A DNA stretch of 64,000 nucleotides from Gemmatimonadales bacterium. Its GTDB lineage: Bacteria > Krumholzibacteriota > Krumholzibacteriia > LZORAL124-64-63. A program made the translations under genes and the position numbers. The notes beneath the pieces were generated by a model. It saw nothing but the letters and a program-made list of their open reading frames with translations, was not told the DNA's origin and did no database searches. The stretch lies in the NCBI GenBank assembly GCA_019038745.1, contig JAHOYV010000005.1, positions 4,546 through 68,545 on the forward strand, given 5' to 3'. This document shows, piece by piece, positions 9,641-19,760 of the stretch. The stretch's first letter is position 1. Each line of letters begins with the position of its first letter.

Positions 9641-11068
9641 ATGAGTCCATCGATTGGACTACGCCAGAGTATGCAGCTGCGCCAACAGCTGGTGATGACC
9701 CAACGTCTCCAGCAGGCGCTGAAGTTACTGCAGGTTCCCACCCTGGAGCTTGAACAGATTTTGCGCAAGGAGCTCAACGAAAATCCTCTTCTGGAAGAGG
9801 TCGAGGCCGAGGAAGAGATCGACGAGAACACAGTTCGGGAAGCTACAATTTCGGATTTGGAAGGTACTGAACGGGACAAGGTTCCCGAACCCCAGGACGA
9901 GAACCGGGATTGGGGAGACAGCTTCGAAGATGGGTTCCGCGGTGTTTCCAACGAGCGGGCCTACGATGAGGATGACGAACTGGAACGCCCCCAGAAATAC
10001 ATCCCCACCGGGCAGGAAACCCTGACCGATCAATTACATTTGGCCATCCCGGAAGGGGCTGAGCGCAAGATCGGGGAGTACATCATCGGTTGTTTGAACC
10101 AGGACGGCATGTTGGCCTGCGCCCTGGAGGAAATCGCTTCCTTCTTCGATGTGGACGAAACGCTGGTCGAGGCAGTGCTGCAGATTGTCCAGGGCTTCGA
10201 ACCCGCCGGCGTGGCGGCCCGGGACATCCAGGAATGCCTCCTCCTGCAGCTGGAGGGCAAGGGGATGGAGGATTCAGAGGAAGCCCACATCATCCGGCAT
10301 CATTTCGAGATCCTTAAACACCGCAAGTTCGGTGATATCGCCCGCCAAATGAAAATTACTCCACACCAGGTCCAGGAAATCGCGCAACGGATCGGTGAAC
10401 TCGATCCGCGCCCAGGTTTGGCCATCGGTGGTGAGGGGGCCCGGGTGATTGTTCCCGACCTGGAAGTTGTCAAGGTCGAGGACGACGACCAGGACTACGC
10501 GGTGTATCTTCATGATGCCAATCTTCCCCGCCTGAGGGTGAGTGGTGCCTACGAGGGTCAGTCAACCAGCAACGAAAACGACGTCAAATTTATCGACGAG
10601 AAAAAACGACATGCCGAGTGGATAATCAAGACCATCGAGCAACGCCGTAGAACCATGATCAAGGTCATGGAAGCCATTGTGGCCGAGCAGAAGGATTTCT
10701 TCGAGAAGGGCGCCATCGCTCTGAGGCCACTGACCTTGCAGCAGGTGGCCTCGGTTATCGGGATGCACGAGTCTACCGTTTCACGGGTTACCCGACAGAA
10801 GTATGTTCAAACACCGCGGGGCGTTTTCCCCCTGAAATTCTTCTTCAGTGCCGGCTTGGATTCGGAGGAGGGTACGGAGATTGCCGCCAAGGCTGTAAAG
10901 ATCATGATCAAAGAGATAGTAGAAGGAGAAAATGAATCCAAGCCATTGTCCGATAAAAAGATAGTAGATATTTTACAGGAGAGTGGTCTAAAGATCGCTC
11001 GCAGAACAGTGGCCAAGTACCGGGAGCAGATGGGTATTCTCAGTGCCAGGATGCGCAAGCGCTACTGA
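9641..11068 (+). CDS. rpoN: RNA polymerase sigma-54 factor
   Basis: Gln/Leu-rich region I, HESTVSR, RpoN box ARRTVAKYRE. Confidence 0.98.
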   Translation: MSPSIGLRQSMQLRQQLVMTQRLQQALKLLQVPTLELEQILRKELNENPLLEEVEAEEEIDENTVREATISDLEGTERDKVPEPQDENRDWGDSFEDGFRGVSNERAYDEDDELERPQKYIPTGQETLTDQLHLAIPEGAERKIGEYIIGCLNQDGMLACALEEIASFFDVDETLVEAVLQIVQGFEPAGVAARDIQECLLLQLEGKGMEDSEEAHIIRHHFEILKHRKFGDIARQMKITPHQVQEIAQRIGELDPRPGLAIGGEGARVIVPDLEVVKVEDDDQDYAVYLHDANLPRLRVSGAYEGQSTSNENDVKFIDEKKRHAEWIIKTIEQRRRTMIKVMEAIVAEQKDFFEKGAIALRPLTLQQVASVIGMHESTVSRVTRQKYVQTPRGVFPLKFFFSAGLDSEEGTEIAAKAVKIMIKEIVEGENESKPLSDKKIVDILQESGLKIARRTVAKYREQMGILSARMRKRY

Positions 11069-11112
11069 GGGGTTTGTCCCGGGTTTCAACCGCCCTGACA
11101 AAGGAGGTCGCA

Positions 11113-11643
11113 ATGCAGATGGAAATCAGTTCCCGTCATTTCACGATGAGTGACGAGCAGCACGAAGCAATCGAAGAGGCCCTGGGAAAATTGGAAAAAT
11201 ACAGCCCCCGGCCTGTGCAATCGGTGCGCCTGACTCTGATTCACGAAGCTGGCCGCTTCACCGCGGACTCGGTTCTTCACCTCAAGACCACGGAATTTCG
11301 TGCCAAGGAAGTAGGCCTCGAACCGGAATACGCGGTCACCGAGGTTGTTGAGGCCCTACGCAAGCAGCTGACTAAATTCAAGGGCAAGATCAGTGGTAAG
11401 CAGAAGGGTGAAGAAGGTGGGCTGGGGAGGGCCATGCTGGACGGTGGTGGAATTCAGGATGGAGAGTTTGCGGCTGCCGAGGGCTTCGTACTCAAGGATA
11501 TGGATGTCCAATCGGCCCGGGATGAATTCACAAGTCAGGGGCAACCTTTCCTGATCTTCCGGAATGTGGAGACCGCAAAGGTGGCCGTCATCTACCGCCG
11601 GGTCGGAGGCGACTTGGGTCACATGGAGTCCAGCAACGACTGA
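11113..11643 (+). CDS. hpf: Ribosome hibernation promoting factor (long HPF, divergent)
   Basis: AAGGAGG RBS; MQMEISSRHF N-terminus; FLIFRN..VIYRR..G C-terminal domain; follows rpoN. Confidence 0.85.
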   Translation: MQMEISSRHFTMSDEQHEAIEEALGKLEKYSPRPVQSVRLTLIHEAGRFTADSVLHLKTTEFRAKEVGLEPEYAVTEVVEALRKQLTKFKGKISGKQKGEEGGLGRAMLDGGGIQDGEFAAAEGFVLKDMDVQSARDEFTSQGQPFLIFRNVETAKVAVIYRRVGGDLGHMESSND

Positions 11644-11672
11644 TGGGCCGCTACACGATATAGGGGTGGGTC

Positions 11673-12641
11673 ATGGCCAGGGTCTTGGTTCAGGGTTTGT
11701 ACGAGGAATTCCGGGAACAGCTACTGCTGGAGTTGCTTACTGAAATGCCGGAGGAACCCATCATCGTTCAGGCCAGGGACATCCATCGTCCAGGCATGGC
11801 GCTGATGGGTTTCTCCGAAGATTTTCAACCCCATCGAATCCAGGTTTTCGGCGAATCGGAGATGGCCTATCTGGCGGGTTTGTCGCCCTCGGAGCAGAGT
11901 GCTGCGTTGCAGAGGGTCCTTGATCTAGACCCCCCGGTCATTTTTATCGCCATGGACCAACGGGTCCCCGCCCCCCTCATCGAACTGGCCAGGGAGAAGA
12001 AATTCCCCCTGGTGCGTTCGGCCCTTCCCGCCGTGGATTTCATTTCGGAATTGACCCACCGCCTGGAGCGGGGTTTCTCCCCGACTACTGATCTGCACGG
12101 AACGTTGGTCGACGTCTATGGGGTCGGTCTTTTATTTACTGGACGAAGCGGGATCGGCAAGAGCGAGTGCGCCCTGGATATGATCGAGCGGGGACACCGG
12201 TTGGTTGCCGACGACATCGTGGAGATCCGCAGGACCAGTGAGGACGTTTTGATCGGGCGGTACCGGGAGGTTTTACGCCACCATCTTGAGATCCGGGGCG
12301 TCGGTGTGATAGATGTACAGTCCATTTTCGGTATCCGATCCATTCGCATGCAAAAGCGGATCGAGGTGGAGGTCCAACTCCAGGAATGGGATGATTCCGT
12401 TGATTACGACCGCACCGGGTTGGGCAGCAAGTACACCGAGGTGCTGGGGGTGAACATCCCCAAAGTGATCGTACCGCTGTTTCCCGGGAAGAACATAACG
12501 GTCATCTGCGAGGTTATTGCCCTTAATTTCATGCTGAAGGTGTACGGTTACGATGCGGCGCATGTGCTGAATGAGAGGATTCTGGAGACAATGCGCTCCA
12601 GTCACCGACTGAGGGACTATTTGGATCAGGACCCGGAATAG
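11673..12641 (+). CDS. hprK: HPr kinase/phosphorylase
   Basis: HGTLVDVYGVGLL, GRSGIGKSE, HRLVADD, EIRGVGVID. Confidence 0.97.
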   Translation: MARVLVQGLYEEFREQLLLELLTEMPEEPIIVQARDIHRPGMALMGFSEDFQPHRIQVFGESEMAYLAGLSPSEQSAALQRVLDLDPPVIFIAMDQRVPAPLIELAREKKFPLVRSALPAVDFISELTHRLERGFSPTTDLHGTLVDVYGVGLLFTGRSGIGKSECALDMIERGHRLVADDIVEIRRTSEDVLIGRYREVLRHHLEIRGVGVIDVQSIFGIRSIRMQKRIEVEVQLQEWDDSVDYDRTGLGSKYTEVLGVNIPKVIVPLFPGKNITVICEVIALNFMLKVYGYDAAHVLNERILETMRSSHRLRDYLDQDPE

Positions 12642-12667
12642 AGAAGCTGCTTGAAAGGATTAAGGGC

Positions 12668-13078
12668 ATGATCAGGGCATTGGTGATGACACACGGCCAG
12701 ATCGGAACCGAATTGGTGAAGGTCGTGGAAATGATCCTGGGTCCGATCGAGGGATTGGACGCCATGAGCAATCATGGCCTTTCAGGGGATGATCTGAGAG
12801 TCGAGGCTGCGGCCTGGATCGGGTCGGACCCCGGACTGGTGGATGAATCGAATCCCCTGGATCCTCCAGTGCTGATTTTCGTCGATGATTTCGGAGGTAG
12901 CTGTGGAACCGCTGCCCAGTTCTGCTGCGCCCAATGCCCCGGGGCGGCAATCGTAGCCGGTGTGAACTTGGCCATGTTGCTGGGTTTCGTCACTTGGCGG
13001 GAAGACAATGATCTGGATGAGTTGGTGAGGCAAATCGTGCAAAAGGGCCGGGAATCCATTGTTCGGCTGGGGATGTAA
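12668..13078 (+). CDS. PTS mannose-family EIIA
   Basis: VMTHG phospho-His, VDDFGGS, GVNLAML. Confidence 0.9.
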   Translation: MIRALVMTHGQIGTELVKVVEMILGPIEGLDAMSNHGLSGDDLRVEAAAWIGSDPGLVDESNPLDPPVLIFVDDFGGSCGTAAQFCCAQCPGAAIVAGVNLAMLLGFVTWREDNDLDELVRQIVQKGRESIVRLGM

Positions 13079-13080
13079 GG

Positions 13081-13578
13081 ATGCCTGTCGTTCTGGCGCG
13101 CATTGACGACCGACTCATCCATGGGCAAGTGACCGCCGGTTGGGCTCCACAACTCCAGCCTACCCGGATCATTTTGGCCAACAACGCCATCGCAACCGAC
13201 TCTTGGCAAAGCCGGGTCTACGCCAGTTCCGTCCCGCCAGGCATAGAAGTCTCAATCCTTTCCATAGCTGGGGCCGCATCCCTGTTGGCCAGTCGGGAGA
13301 GCGCCGGAGAACGCTCAATCCTGTTGACCGGATCGGCGGGCGAGATGGCTGAGCTGGTGCGTCTGGGAGCACCACTGGTTTGTATCAACCTGGGGGGTGT
13401 CCACTTCAGCCCCGGCAAGGTGGAGATGCTGCCCTGGGTCTATCTTGATAGCCAGGATCTGGTTGCCTTGCGACGCCTCCTGGAGATGGGGGTCGAGCTG
13501 AGCGCCCAACAGGTGCCCGGCGGCCGTGAGGTAAGCATTGATTCGGGCAATCTCCTGGAGCTGGAGGAGAAATTCTGA
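13081..13578 (+). CDS. PTS mannose-family EIIB
   Basis: RIDDRLIHGQV motif, INLGG. Confidence 0.93.
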   Translation: MPVVLARIDDRLIHGQVTAGWAPQLQPTRIILANNAIATDSWQSRVYASSVPPGIEVSILSIAGAASLLASRESAGERSILLTGSAGEMAELVRLGAPLVCINLGGVHFSPGKVEMLPWVYLDSQDLVALRRLLEMGVELSAQQVPGGREVSIDSGNLLELEEKF

Positions 13579-14375
13579 TGTCGGTCCTGTCCGGCAGTAT
13601 GGTGGTTGTTTCTGCAGTAAGTTATGCGCCCTTTATCGCTACCACTGTTGCTGGTGAGGCCTCCTGGCCCTCCCTCTTTTTTCTGAGCCTGCTAGGGGGT
13701 TTTTTGGCCCTTGATGATACCGCTTTGGCTCAAACCTGGTTCAGTCAACCCCTTGCGGCAGGGGCGCTTGCAGGCATTTTTTGCGGTGATCCCGCGGCCG
13801 GGCTGGCGGTGGGATTGCTTGTGCAACTGGTTAAGGTGGGGGATCTCCCCGTCGGTCAATCTTTCACTGGCGAACCGGCTGTCCCGGTTGTGGCCGCCAT
13901 CGGTGGGGTAGTCCTGGGTGGGCATCGATTGGCCTTGCCGTTTCAGAACGCCAGCCTGGATTCGGTGGCTTTGACAGGTTGGGTGGTTCTGGGTGTGGGG
14001 TTACTTAGCGCAGTCGGCCACTGGATAGTCCAGGCAGAACGGCGAGCCCATGTTCTGTGGATGCTGCAGGGCCATCTTACGCTTCGGGATGGTGCCTTGG
14101 GTCGTATCGAACGGCTCCACTTTCGTTGTCTGGCTTCGACGTTCTTGAGGGGATTTATCTTCTGTAGTCTTTTTCTTCTTTTGTTTCTGCGATTGTGGGT
14201 GCCTGCGTTCGAGTATTTGCCGGTTCGAGCCAGGGATGCCATGGCCATGTTGCCTTTGATCCTGCCTGGGTTGGGGATCGGTGCCCTGGTTGACCGCTTC
14301 GGACTTGGAAACTGCTGGCATTGGTTGACCGGCGGAGCTGTCCTTTCCTTTGCCTTGTCACGGTTTCTATTATGA
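13578..14375 (+). CDS. PTS mannose-family EIIC-like membrane protein
   Basis: LDDTALAQTWFSQPL, multiple TM helices, operon position. Confidence 0.75.
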   Translation: MSVLSGSMVVVSAVSYAPFIATTVAGEASWPSLFFLSLLGGFLALDDTALAQTWFSQPLAAGALAGIFCGDPAAGLAVGLLVQLVKVGDLPVGQSFTGEPAVPVVAAIGGVVLGGHRLALPFQNASLDSVALTGWVVLGVGLLSAVGHWIVQAERRAHVLWMLQGHLTLRDGALGRIERLHFRCLASTFLRGFIFCSLFLLLFLRLWVPAFEYLPVRARDAMAMLPLILPGLGIGALVDRFGLGNCWHWLTGGAVLSFALSRFLL

Positions 14376-15172
14376 GTATCGACAACGGCAAATTTTCCGG
14401 AGACGCAAGAGCGAAGGGTAAAGCGCTTTCCGGGCGATTGCGTTGGACCATTTTTCTGAGATCCCTGTCCCTTCAGGCCTCATGGAACGGACAGCGGATG
14501 CAGAACCTGGGCCTGTTGACGGTCATGTTGCCCTGGGTTCGATCACAGCCTCGTGAGCTGAATTCCGACAGGGTTTTCTGCCGCCGGTATTACGAGTTCT
14601 TCAACACCAATCCCTATCTGGCAAACTACCTGATTGGAGGCTTGATCCGCCTGGAAGAAGAGCGGGTCGATAGGGGAACGGACGCCCCGGACCCTACCGG
14701 TTCCTTTCGGGATTCCCTTGGGCGGGCCTTCGCCTCGCTGGGAGACCAACTTTTCTGGCTTGGAATCCGCCCCGCCCTGGTCATGGGGACCTGTTTATTG
14801 GCCTTGGAAGGACAAGCTGGAGCAATTCTGGCCGTAGTCGGTATTTTCGCGGCCCTGCAACTGGGGTTGCGCTGGAGGTCTCTTGGCCGGGGGTACGAGT
14901 TGGGGATGGATATCGTTGACCTGTTGGGGAACCCTCGGTGGCACCGGGCCATCCTGTTCGCCAGGGTATCCGGTGCAGTGGCCACCGGACTGGTCGCTGG
15001 GTGGTATCTTTACCACCCAACCGATATGGGTCTTGCCGGAGAACGGACCCTGCCCTGGATCGGGCTCTGTGTGGGTTGGACTATGCCCGCCCTGCTGCGT
15101 AAACGTCTACCGGGAGAGGGATTGCTGGTTCTGGCCGCTTTTTTGGTCCTGGTGATGGCCTTTGCCATTTGA
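14372..15172 (+). CDS. PTS mannose-family EIID
   Basis: QASWNGQRMQNLG, FFNTNP, ASLGDQLFW; ATGA overlap with IIC. Confidence 0.88.
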   Translation: MSIDNGKFSGDARAKGKALSGRLRWTIFLRSLSLQASWNGQRMQNLGLLTVMLPWVRSQPRELNSDRVFCRRYYEFFNTNPYLANYLIGGLIRLEEERVDRGTDAPDPTGSFRDSLGRAFASLGDQLFWLGIRPALVMGTCLLALEGQAGAILAVVGIFAALQLGLRWRSLGRGYELGMDIVDLLGNPRWHRAILFARVSGAVATGLVAGWYLYHPTDMGLAGERTLPWIGLCVGWTMPALLRKRLPGEGLLVLAAFLVLVMAFAI

Positions 15173-15240
15173 AGAAATTGTGTTAAATTTATGGTGCTTG
15201 GTATTTCACTTATCTTCCATACCATTAAGGGAATTCAGTT

Positions 15241-15519
15241 TTGAGGATTGCGAACGCAACCGTTTCCGATCCGGTGGGTTTTCACCTAAGAGCCGCCGGG
15301 CGAATCGTTAAGTTGACCAAGGTCTTCACCTCGGAAGTGACGATCAGGTACAACGGCCGGTCAGCGAATGCTAAGAGCATCATGGGACTTGCCAGCCTGG
15401 CAGCCGAATATCAGACCGTCGTTGAGGTGGAAGTTCAAGGCTCTGATGAGGAGGAGGCCTTGGCTCGCATCATCGAACTGATAGAGGTGGAACTGGGAAA
15501 GCCTGAAACCGTCGAGTGA
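15241..15519 (+). CDS. ptsH: Phosphocarrier protein HPr
   Basis: GFHLRAA (His15), NAKSIM (Ser46); TTG start. Confidence 0.93.
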   Translation: MRIANATVSDPVGFHLRAAGRIVKLTKVFTSEVTIRYNGRSANAKSIMGLASLAAEYQTVVEVEVQGSDEEEALARIIELIEVELGKPETVE

Positions 15520-15553
15520 ATCCCAACCCTGCAAAACCCTGATTGAGGCGATA

Positions 15554-17308
15554 ATGAAGACTTTTCAGGGAATTGCTGCTTCCTCAGGTTATGCCGTAGG
15601 TCCTGTCCATAAGATCCGATTGAAGACCATTGTCCCTGCCCGCCGCTCTATCCGGCCGACCGATATCTCTACTGAAAAATCTCGCTTTGGTCAGGCGGTA
15701 GCCATCGCCCGGGATGAGATCCAGGATCTGATCAAACAGTTGGAACGCGATCTGGGGCCCGAAGAAGCCGGGATACTCTCCAGTCAACTTTTCATCCTCG
15801 AAGACGAGATGGTCTGGGATGCCACTTTGGCTGTCATTCAATTGGATCGGATCAACGCAGAGGCGGCTTTTGCCAAGACAGTGGGAGATGTCGCCGCGCG
15901 TTTTCTGGAAATCGAGGAGGAGACCTTTCGCGAGAGGGTCAACGATTTGAGGGATGTTGAGCAGAGAGTGCTGCGCGCTTTCCTGGGTGACATTCCTGCC
16001 GAGTCCATCCTGCCGAAAGTTCCATCCATCATCGTTTCCCGGAATCTTACGCCCAGCGACACGGCCGCCCTGGGACGTGATCTCGTTCTGGGATTCGTAA
16101 TGGACGAGGGCGGCAATACCAGCCACGTTGCTATCCTGGCCCGATCCCTTGGGGTCCCGGCCTTGGTCGGCTTGAAGGATGCTTCCCCGGCTCTTGAAAA
16201 CGGAATAGAGGTGGCCGTGGATGGGATCGCGGGAATCCTCACCGTACAGCCGGACGAGCAGACCAGGGGCCGGTTCAGTATGCTTCAATGCCAGCAGGTT
16301 GTGATCAACGAGAAACTGGCCGGTCTGAAGGACCTGGAAGCGATTACACCGGATGGCCACCGGGTTCGGATGATGGCCAACATCGAATTGCCGATAGAAG
16401 TAGACGAAGCTCTGGCACGGGGCGCCGAGGGTATCGGCCTTCTGAGGACCGAGTATATCTTCTTCCAGCATCAGACCATTCCCAGCTTGGATGATCAGGT
16501 CCGGATCTATTCCGAGATGGTTCGGCGTATGGCCGGCCGGCCGGTGATATTCCGTACCCTGGATGTGGGCGGGGACAAGGTGTCGGATTACCTGGGAGCC
16601 AAACGGGAGTACAATCCTTTCCTGGGCTGGCGCGGGATCCGGTTCTCCCTTGCCAACCGGGTCCTTTTCAAAACGCAGATCAAGGCGATATACCAGGCCG
16701 CTACCGTCGGCAGCGCCAAATTGATGTTCCCCATGATATCGGGTGTGCAGGAATTGCGTGAAGCAAGAGAGGTTTGTCAGGAAGCCGTGGCGGAATTGGA
16801 GCGGGATGGAATTCCCCACACGCCCTCCCTGGAAATCGGCATCATGGTGGAAACTCCTTCAGCTGTCCTGGTTGCCGATCTGCTGGCCAGGGAATGCGAT
16901 TTTTTCAGCATCGGATCCAACGATCTGATCCAGTACACTCTGGCAATGGATCGGGGCAACAGCCGTGTTTCGTATTTGTACCAACCGTTGCATCCGGCCA
17001 TCCTGCGCAGCATAAAAGACACCGTGCTGGCTGCTCACGAAGCTGGGATTTGGGTAGGTCTTTGCGGTGAGATGGGATCCGAGACCCGGTTGGCTGAGGT
17101 CCTGCTGGGATTGGAACTGGACGAGATCAGTCTGCACGGGGCCGCCTTGCCCAAGGTTAAGCAGGTTATCCGCTGGACAAAACTTGCAGAAGCTCGGCGG
17201 ATCGTCGATCATCTGCTCTCGGTATCCACGGCAGAAGAGGGCAACCGCTGGTTGGCGGATTATATCAACCATCGCAAACGGGAACGCGGTGAAGGAGAGG
17301 AACTCTGA
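15554..17308 (+). CDS. ptsI: PTS enzyme I
   Basis: GGNTSHVAILAR, GIGLLRTE, NPFLGWRGIR, SIGSNDLIQY, GLCGE. Confidence 0.97.
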   Translation: MKTFQGIAASSGYAVGPVHKIRLKTIVPARRSIRPTDISTEKSRFGQAVAIARDEIQDLIKQLERDLGPEEAGILSSQLFILEDEMVWDATLAVIQLDRINAEAAFAKTVGDVAARFLEIEEETFRERVNDLRDVEQRVLRAFLGDIPAESILPKVPSIIVSRNLTPSDTAALGRDLVLGFVMDEGGNTSHVAILARSLGVPALVGLKDASPALENGIEVAVDGIAGILTVQPDEQTRGRFSMLQCQQVVINEKLAGLKDLEAITPDGHRVRMMANIELPIEVDEALARGAEGIGLLRTEYIFFQHQTIPSLDDQVRIYSEMVRRMAGRPVIFRTLDVGGDKVSDYLGAKREYNPFLGWRGIRFSLANRVLFKTQIKAIYQAATVGSAKLMFPMISGVQELREAREVCQEAVAELERDGIPHTPSLEIGIMVETPSAVLVADLLARECDFFSIGSNDLIQYTLAMDRGNSRVSYLYQPLHPAILRSIKDTVLAAHEAGIWVGLCGEMGSETRLAEVLLGLELDEISLHGAALPKVKQVIRWTKLAEARRIVDHLLSVSTAEEGNRWLADYINHRKRERGEGEEL

Positions 17309-18402
17309 TGTCCGCGTGGTCAACAGACGGCACCCAAGAAATGATGTCCCTCGTCGCTGCTTTTCCAGATCACCTGGCAGCCAGCGCCGGGTTGAATCAA
17401 CTGGGGGAGATTGCTCCCCTGTCGGCTTCCTGTCGTCGGATCCTGTTCTGCGGGATGGGGGGATCGGCGATTGCAGGTGAGTTGGTTCAGCCCGTGTTGC
17501 AGGATCAGCGAATTTCCCTGACGGTATGGAGGGATTACGGATTGCCCCACTGGGTCGGTGAGGAGGACCTGGTAGTTGCGGCCAGCTATTCGGGGAATAC
17601 CGAAGAGACCCTTTCGGCGCTGGCAGCAGCCCGATCCATCGGCTGTCGGGTGCTGGGCCTGAGCTCGGGTGGAATATTGAAAGCCATGGGTGGCAAGGAG
17701 GACGGCACTGGTTTTCCAGTGGTGGAATTGCCGGGCGGTTTTCCTCCCCGGGCTTCCCTGGGGTATGGCCTGGGCGGTTTGTTGCACCTCCTGGCGGCAC
17801 TGGGTGTTATTCGGGAACCTGATGAAGAAATCGATCGGGTCTGTCGCCGATTGCGTGACGATTTAACCGGGAGTCTATTGCCCTGGAACGTGAAAAATAG
17901 CCAAGCATGGCAGGCCGGAGAAGACACGAACATTTCCGCCCCTGAATTGGCATTGGATCTCCAGGAGAAAATTCCGGTGATTTACACCGCTGGGCCTGAG
18001 GCTCACGGCCCGGGCAGTCGTTGGAAAGCCCAGCTGAACGAAAATGCCAAAATACCGGCCTGTCTGGTGGCTTTTCCCGAATTGAACCACAACGACCTGG
18101 TGGGCTGGAGCTTGCCGGAGGATTTGCGCACGCGATTTGCCCTGATCATATTGGAAAGCGGCAACCTTGATTCCCGCGCACGAATCCGCGTTGACGCTAC
18201 CATGAAACTATTGGCGGATGAATTTTCTTCGAGTTACCGTATTGTTGCCAAGGGGGACACTCCCCTTTCAAGAGTTCTTTCGCTGGTGCAGTACGGTGAT
18301 CTCCTCAGTTGTCATTTGGCTCACCTGGCTGGAGTGGATTCCATGCCGGTGGATCGTATCGAGAGTCTGAAAAAGATTCTTTCACTGGGACAAAACCCGT
18401 AA
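17308..18402 (+). CDS. Bifunctional phosphoglucose/phosphomannose isomerase
   Basis: [34 protein letters not shown]. Confidence 0.92.
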   Translation: MSAWSTDGTQEMMSLVAAFPDHLAASAGLNQLGEIAPLSASCRRILFCGMGGSAIAGELVQPVLQDQRISLTVWRDYGLPHWVGEEDLVVAASYSGNTEETLSALAAARSIGCRVLGLSSGGILKAMGGKEDGTGFPVVELPGGFPPRASLGYGLGGLLHLLAALGVIREPDEEIDRVCRRLRDDLTGSLLPWNVKNSQAWQAGEDTNISAPELALDLQEKIPVIYTAGPEAHGPGSRWKAQLNENAKIPACLVAFPELNHNDLVGWSLPEDLRTRFALIILESGNLDSRARIRVDATMKLLADEFSSSYRIVAKGDTPLSRVLSLVQYGDLLSCHLAHLAGVDSMPVDRIESLKKILSLGQNP

Positions 18403-18436
18403 GCTACCGGCCATTAACCGGAAAAAAGGAACAATA

Positions 18437-19582
18437 ATGAGCGAAAAATTCCTCTTCACCAGTGAGTCGGTTACCGAAGGGCATCCTGACAAGATGGCTG
18501 ACCAAATTTCCGATTCGGTCGTCGATGCTATCATGAAGGCTGATTCAAATGGTCGAGTGGCCTGTGAAACTCTTGTTACCACCGGAGTCGCTTTTTTAGG
18601 CGGGGAAATTACCACTTCCACTTACGTGGATATTCCCACGCTGGTTCGCGACACGATCAGGGGCATCGGTTACAACTCCGCGGATTTCGGCTTCGACGCG
18701 GACACATGCTCGGTATTGATCTCACTGGATGAGCAATCTCCTGATATTGCCATGGGAGTGAACCCGGGAGGGGCGGGAGACCAGGGTCTGATGTTCGGCT
18801 ATGCCTGCCGGGAAACCGATGTTCTGATGCCGCTACCGATCACGATGGCTCATCGAATGGCCCAGCGCCTGGCCCAGGTTCGCAAGGATGGGATCCTGCC
18901 CTGGGTGAGGCCCGACGGCAAGACCCAGATCACTGCCTTGTATGAGGGCCATCGCCCGGTGGCGATCGACACCGTTGTGGTTTCCACTCAGCACGGTCCT
19001 GATGTCTCGAATGAGGATTTGCACGAAGGAATCAGAGCCCAGGTCATCGAACCGGTCCTGGCTGACTTTGACGTTGACCATGAGGGGTACAAGGCTCACA
19101 TCAATCCCACTGGTCGCTTCGTGGTCGGCGGGCCCCAGGGTGATTGCGGCTTGACGGGCCGAAAAATCATCGTCGATACGTATGGAGGCAGCGCCTGCCA
19201 TGGGGGCGGGGCGTTCAGCGGCAAGGATTCAACCAAGGTAGACCGTTCCGGCGCCTACGCAGCGCGGCACGTTGCCAAGAACATAGTCTCCGCCGGGCTG
19301 GCAGATCGGTGTCAGGTCCAGGTGGCCTACGCCATCGGCGTCGCGGAACCTGTTTCCATAACCGTGGACACCTATGGTACTGGTTCGGCAACGGATTCCC
19401 AGATAACTAATGCCGTGCGCAAGGTAGTGGATCTAACTCCGGCCGGTATTATTGAGCGGTTGCAACTGCGAAAGCCAATTTTCCAACCGACTGCCGCTTA
19501 CGGTCACTTCGGCCGCAAGGATTATAATTTCAGTTGGGAAGAACTGGATTTGGCTGACAAACTGAAGAATGCGATGGAATAA
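18437..19582 (+). CDS. metK: S-adenosylmethionine synthase
   Basis: [26 protein letters not shown]. Confidence 0.98.
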   Translation: MSEKFLFTSESVTEGHPDKMADQISDSVVDAIMKADSNGRVACETLVTTGVAFLGGEITTSTYVDIPTLVRDTIRGIGYNSADFGFDADTCSVLISLDEQSPDIAMGVNPGGAGDQGLMFGYACRETDVLMPLPITMAHRMAQRLAQVRKDGILPWVRPDGKTQITALYEGHRPVAIDTVVVSTQHGPDVSNEDLHEGIRAQVIEPVLADFDVDHEGYKAHINPTGRFVVGGPQGDCGLTGRKIIVDTYGGSACHGGGAFSGKDSTKVDRSGAYAARHVAKNIVSAGLADRCQVQVAYAIGVAEPVSITVDTYGTGSATDSQITNAVRKVVDLTPAGIIERLQLRKPIFQPTAAYGHFGRKDYNFSWEELDLADKLKNAME

Positions 19583-19602
19583 TCTCCAGACCCATTCAAA
19601 AT

Positions 19603-19639
19603 AAAAAGAGGCGAGGCCGTAGGCCTCGCCTCTTGTTAT
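19603..19639. terminator. Intrinsic terminator after metK, likely bidirectional
   Basis: 13-bp stem AAGAGGCGAGGCC-gta-GGCCTCGCCTCTT with A-run upstream. Confidence 0.85.
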
Positions 19640-19714
19640 GCCCCAAACTGAAGCCCGCCGTGCGTTACATCATGTGGCAAAGCTCTGATTCTAACTGACT
19701 CATATGAGAAACAG

Positions 19715-19744
19715 AAAAGCGGCGGCCACAAGGACCGCCGCTTG
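19715..19744 (-). terminator. Terminator of lectin-like gene (copy 1 of a duplicated element)
   Basis: Minus strand AAGCGGCGGTCC-ttgt-GGCCGCCGC-TTTTCTGTTT. Confidence 0.75.
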
Positions 19745-19760
19745 CCGATTGTTGGACTCG

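Noticed and set aside
18403..18436. SAM riboswitch before metK
   Set aside because: The gap is only 34 bp.
19690..19760. Integron attC site after the lectin-like gene (minus-strand GTCCAAC ... GTTAGAA)
   Set aside because: The R' end does not fit GTTRRRY, the L boxes are not correctly spaced, and no integrase is present; the hairpin plus U-tract is better explained as a terminator.
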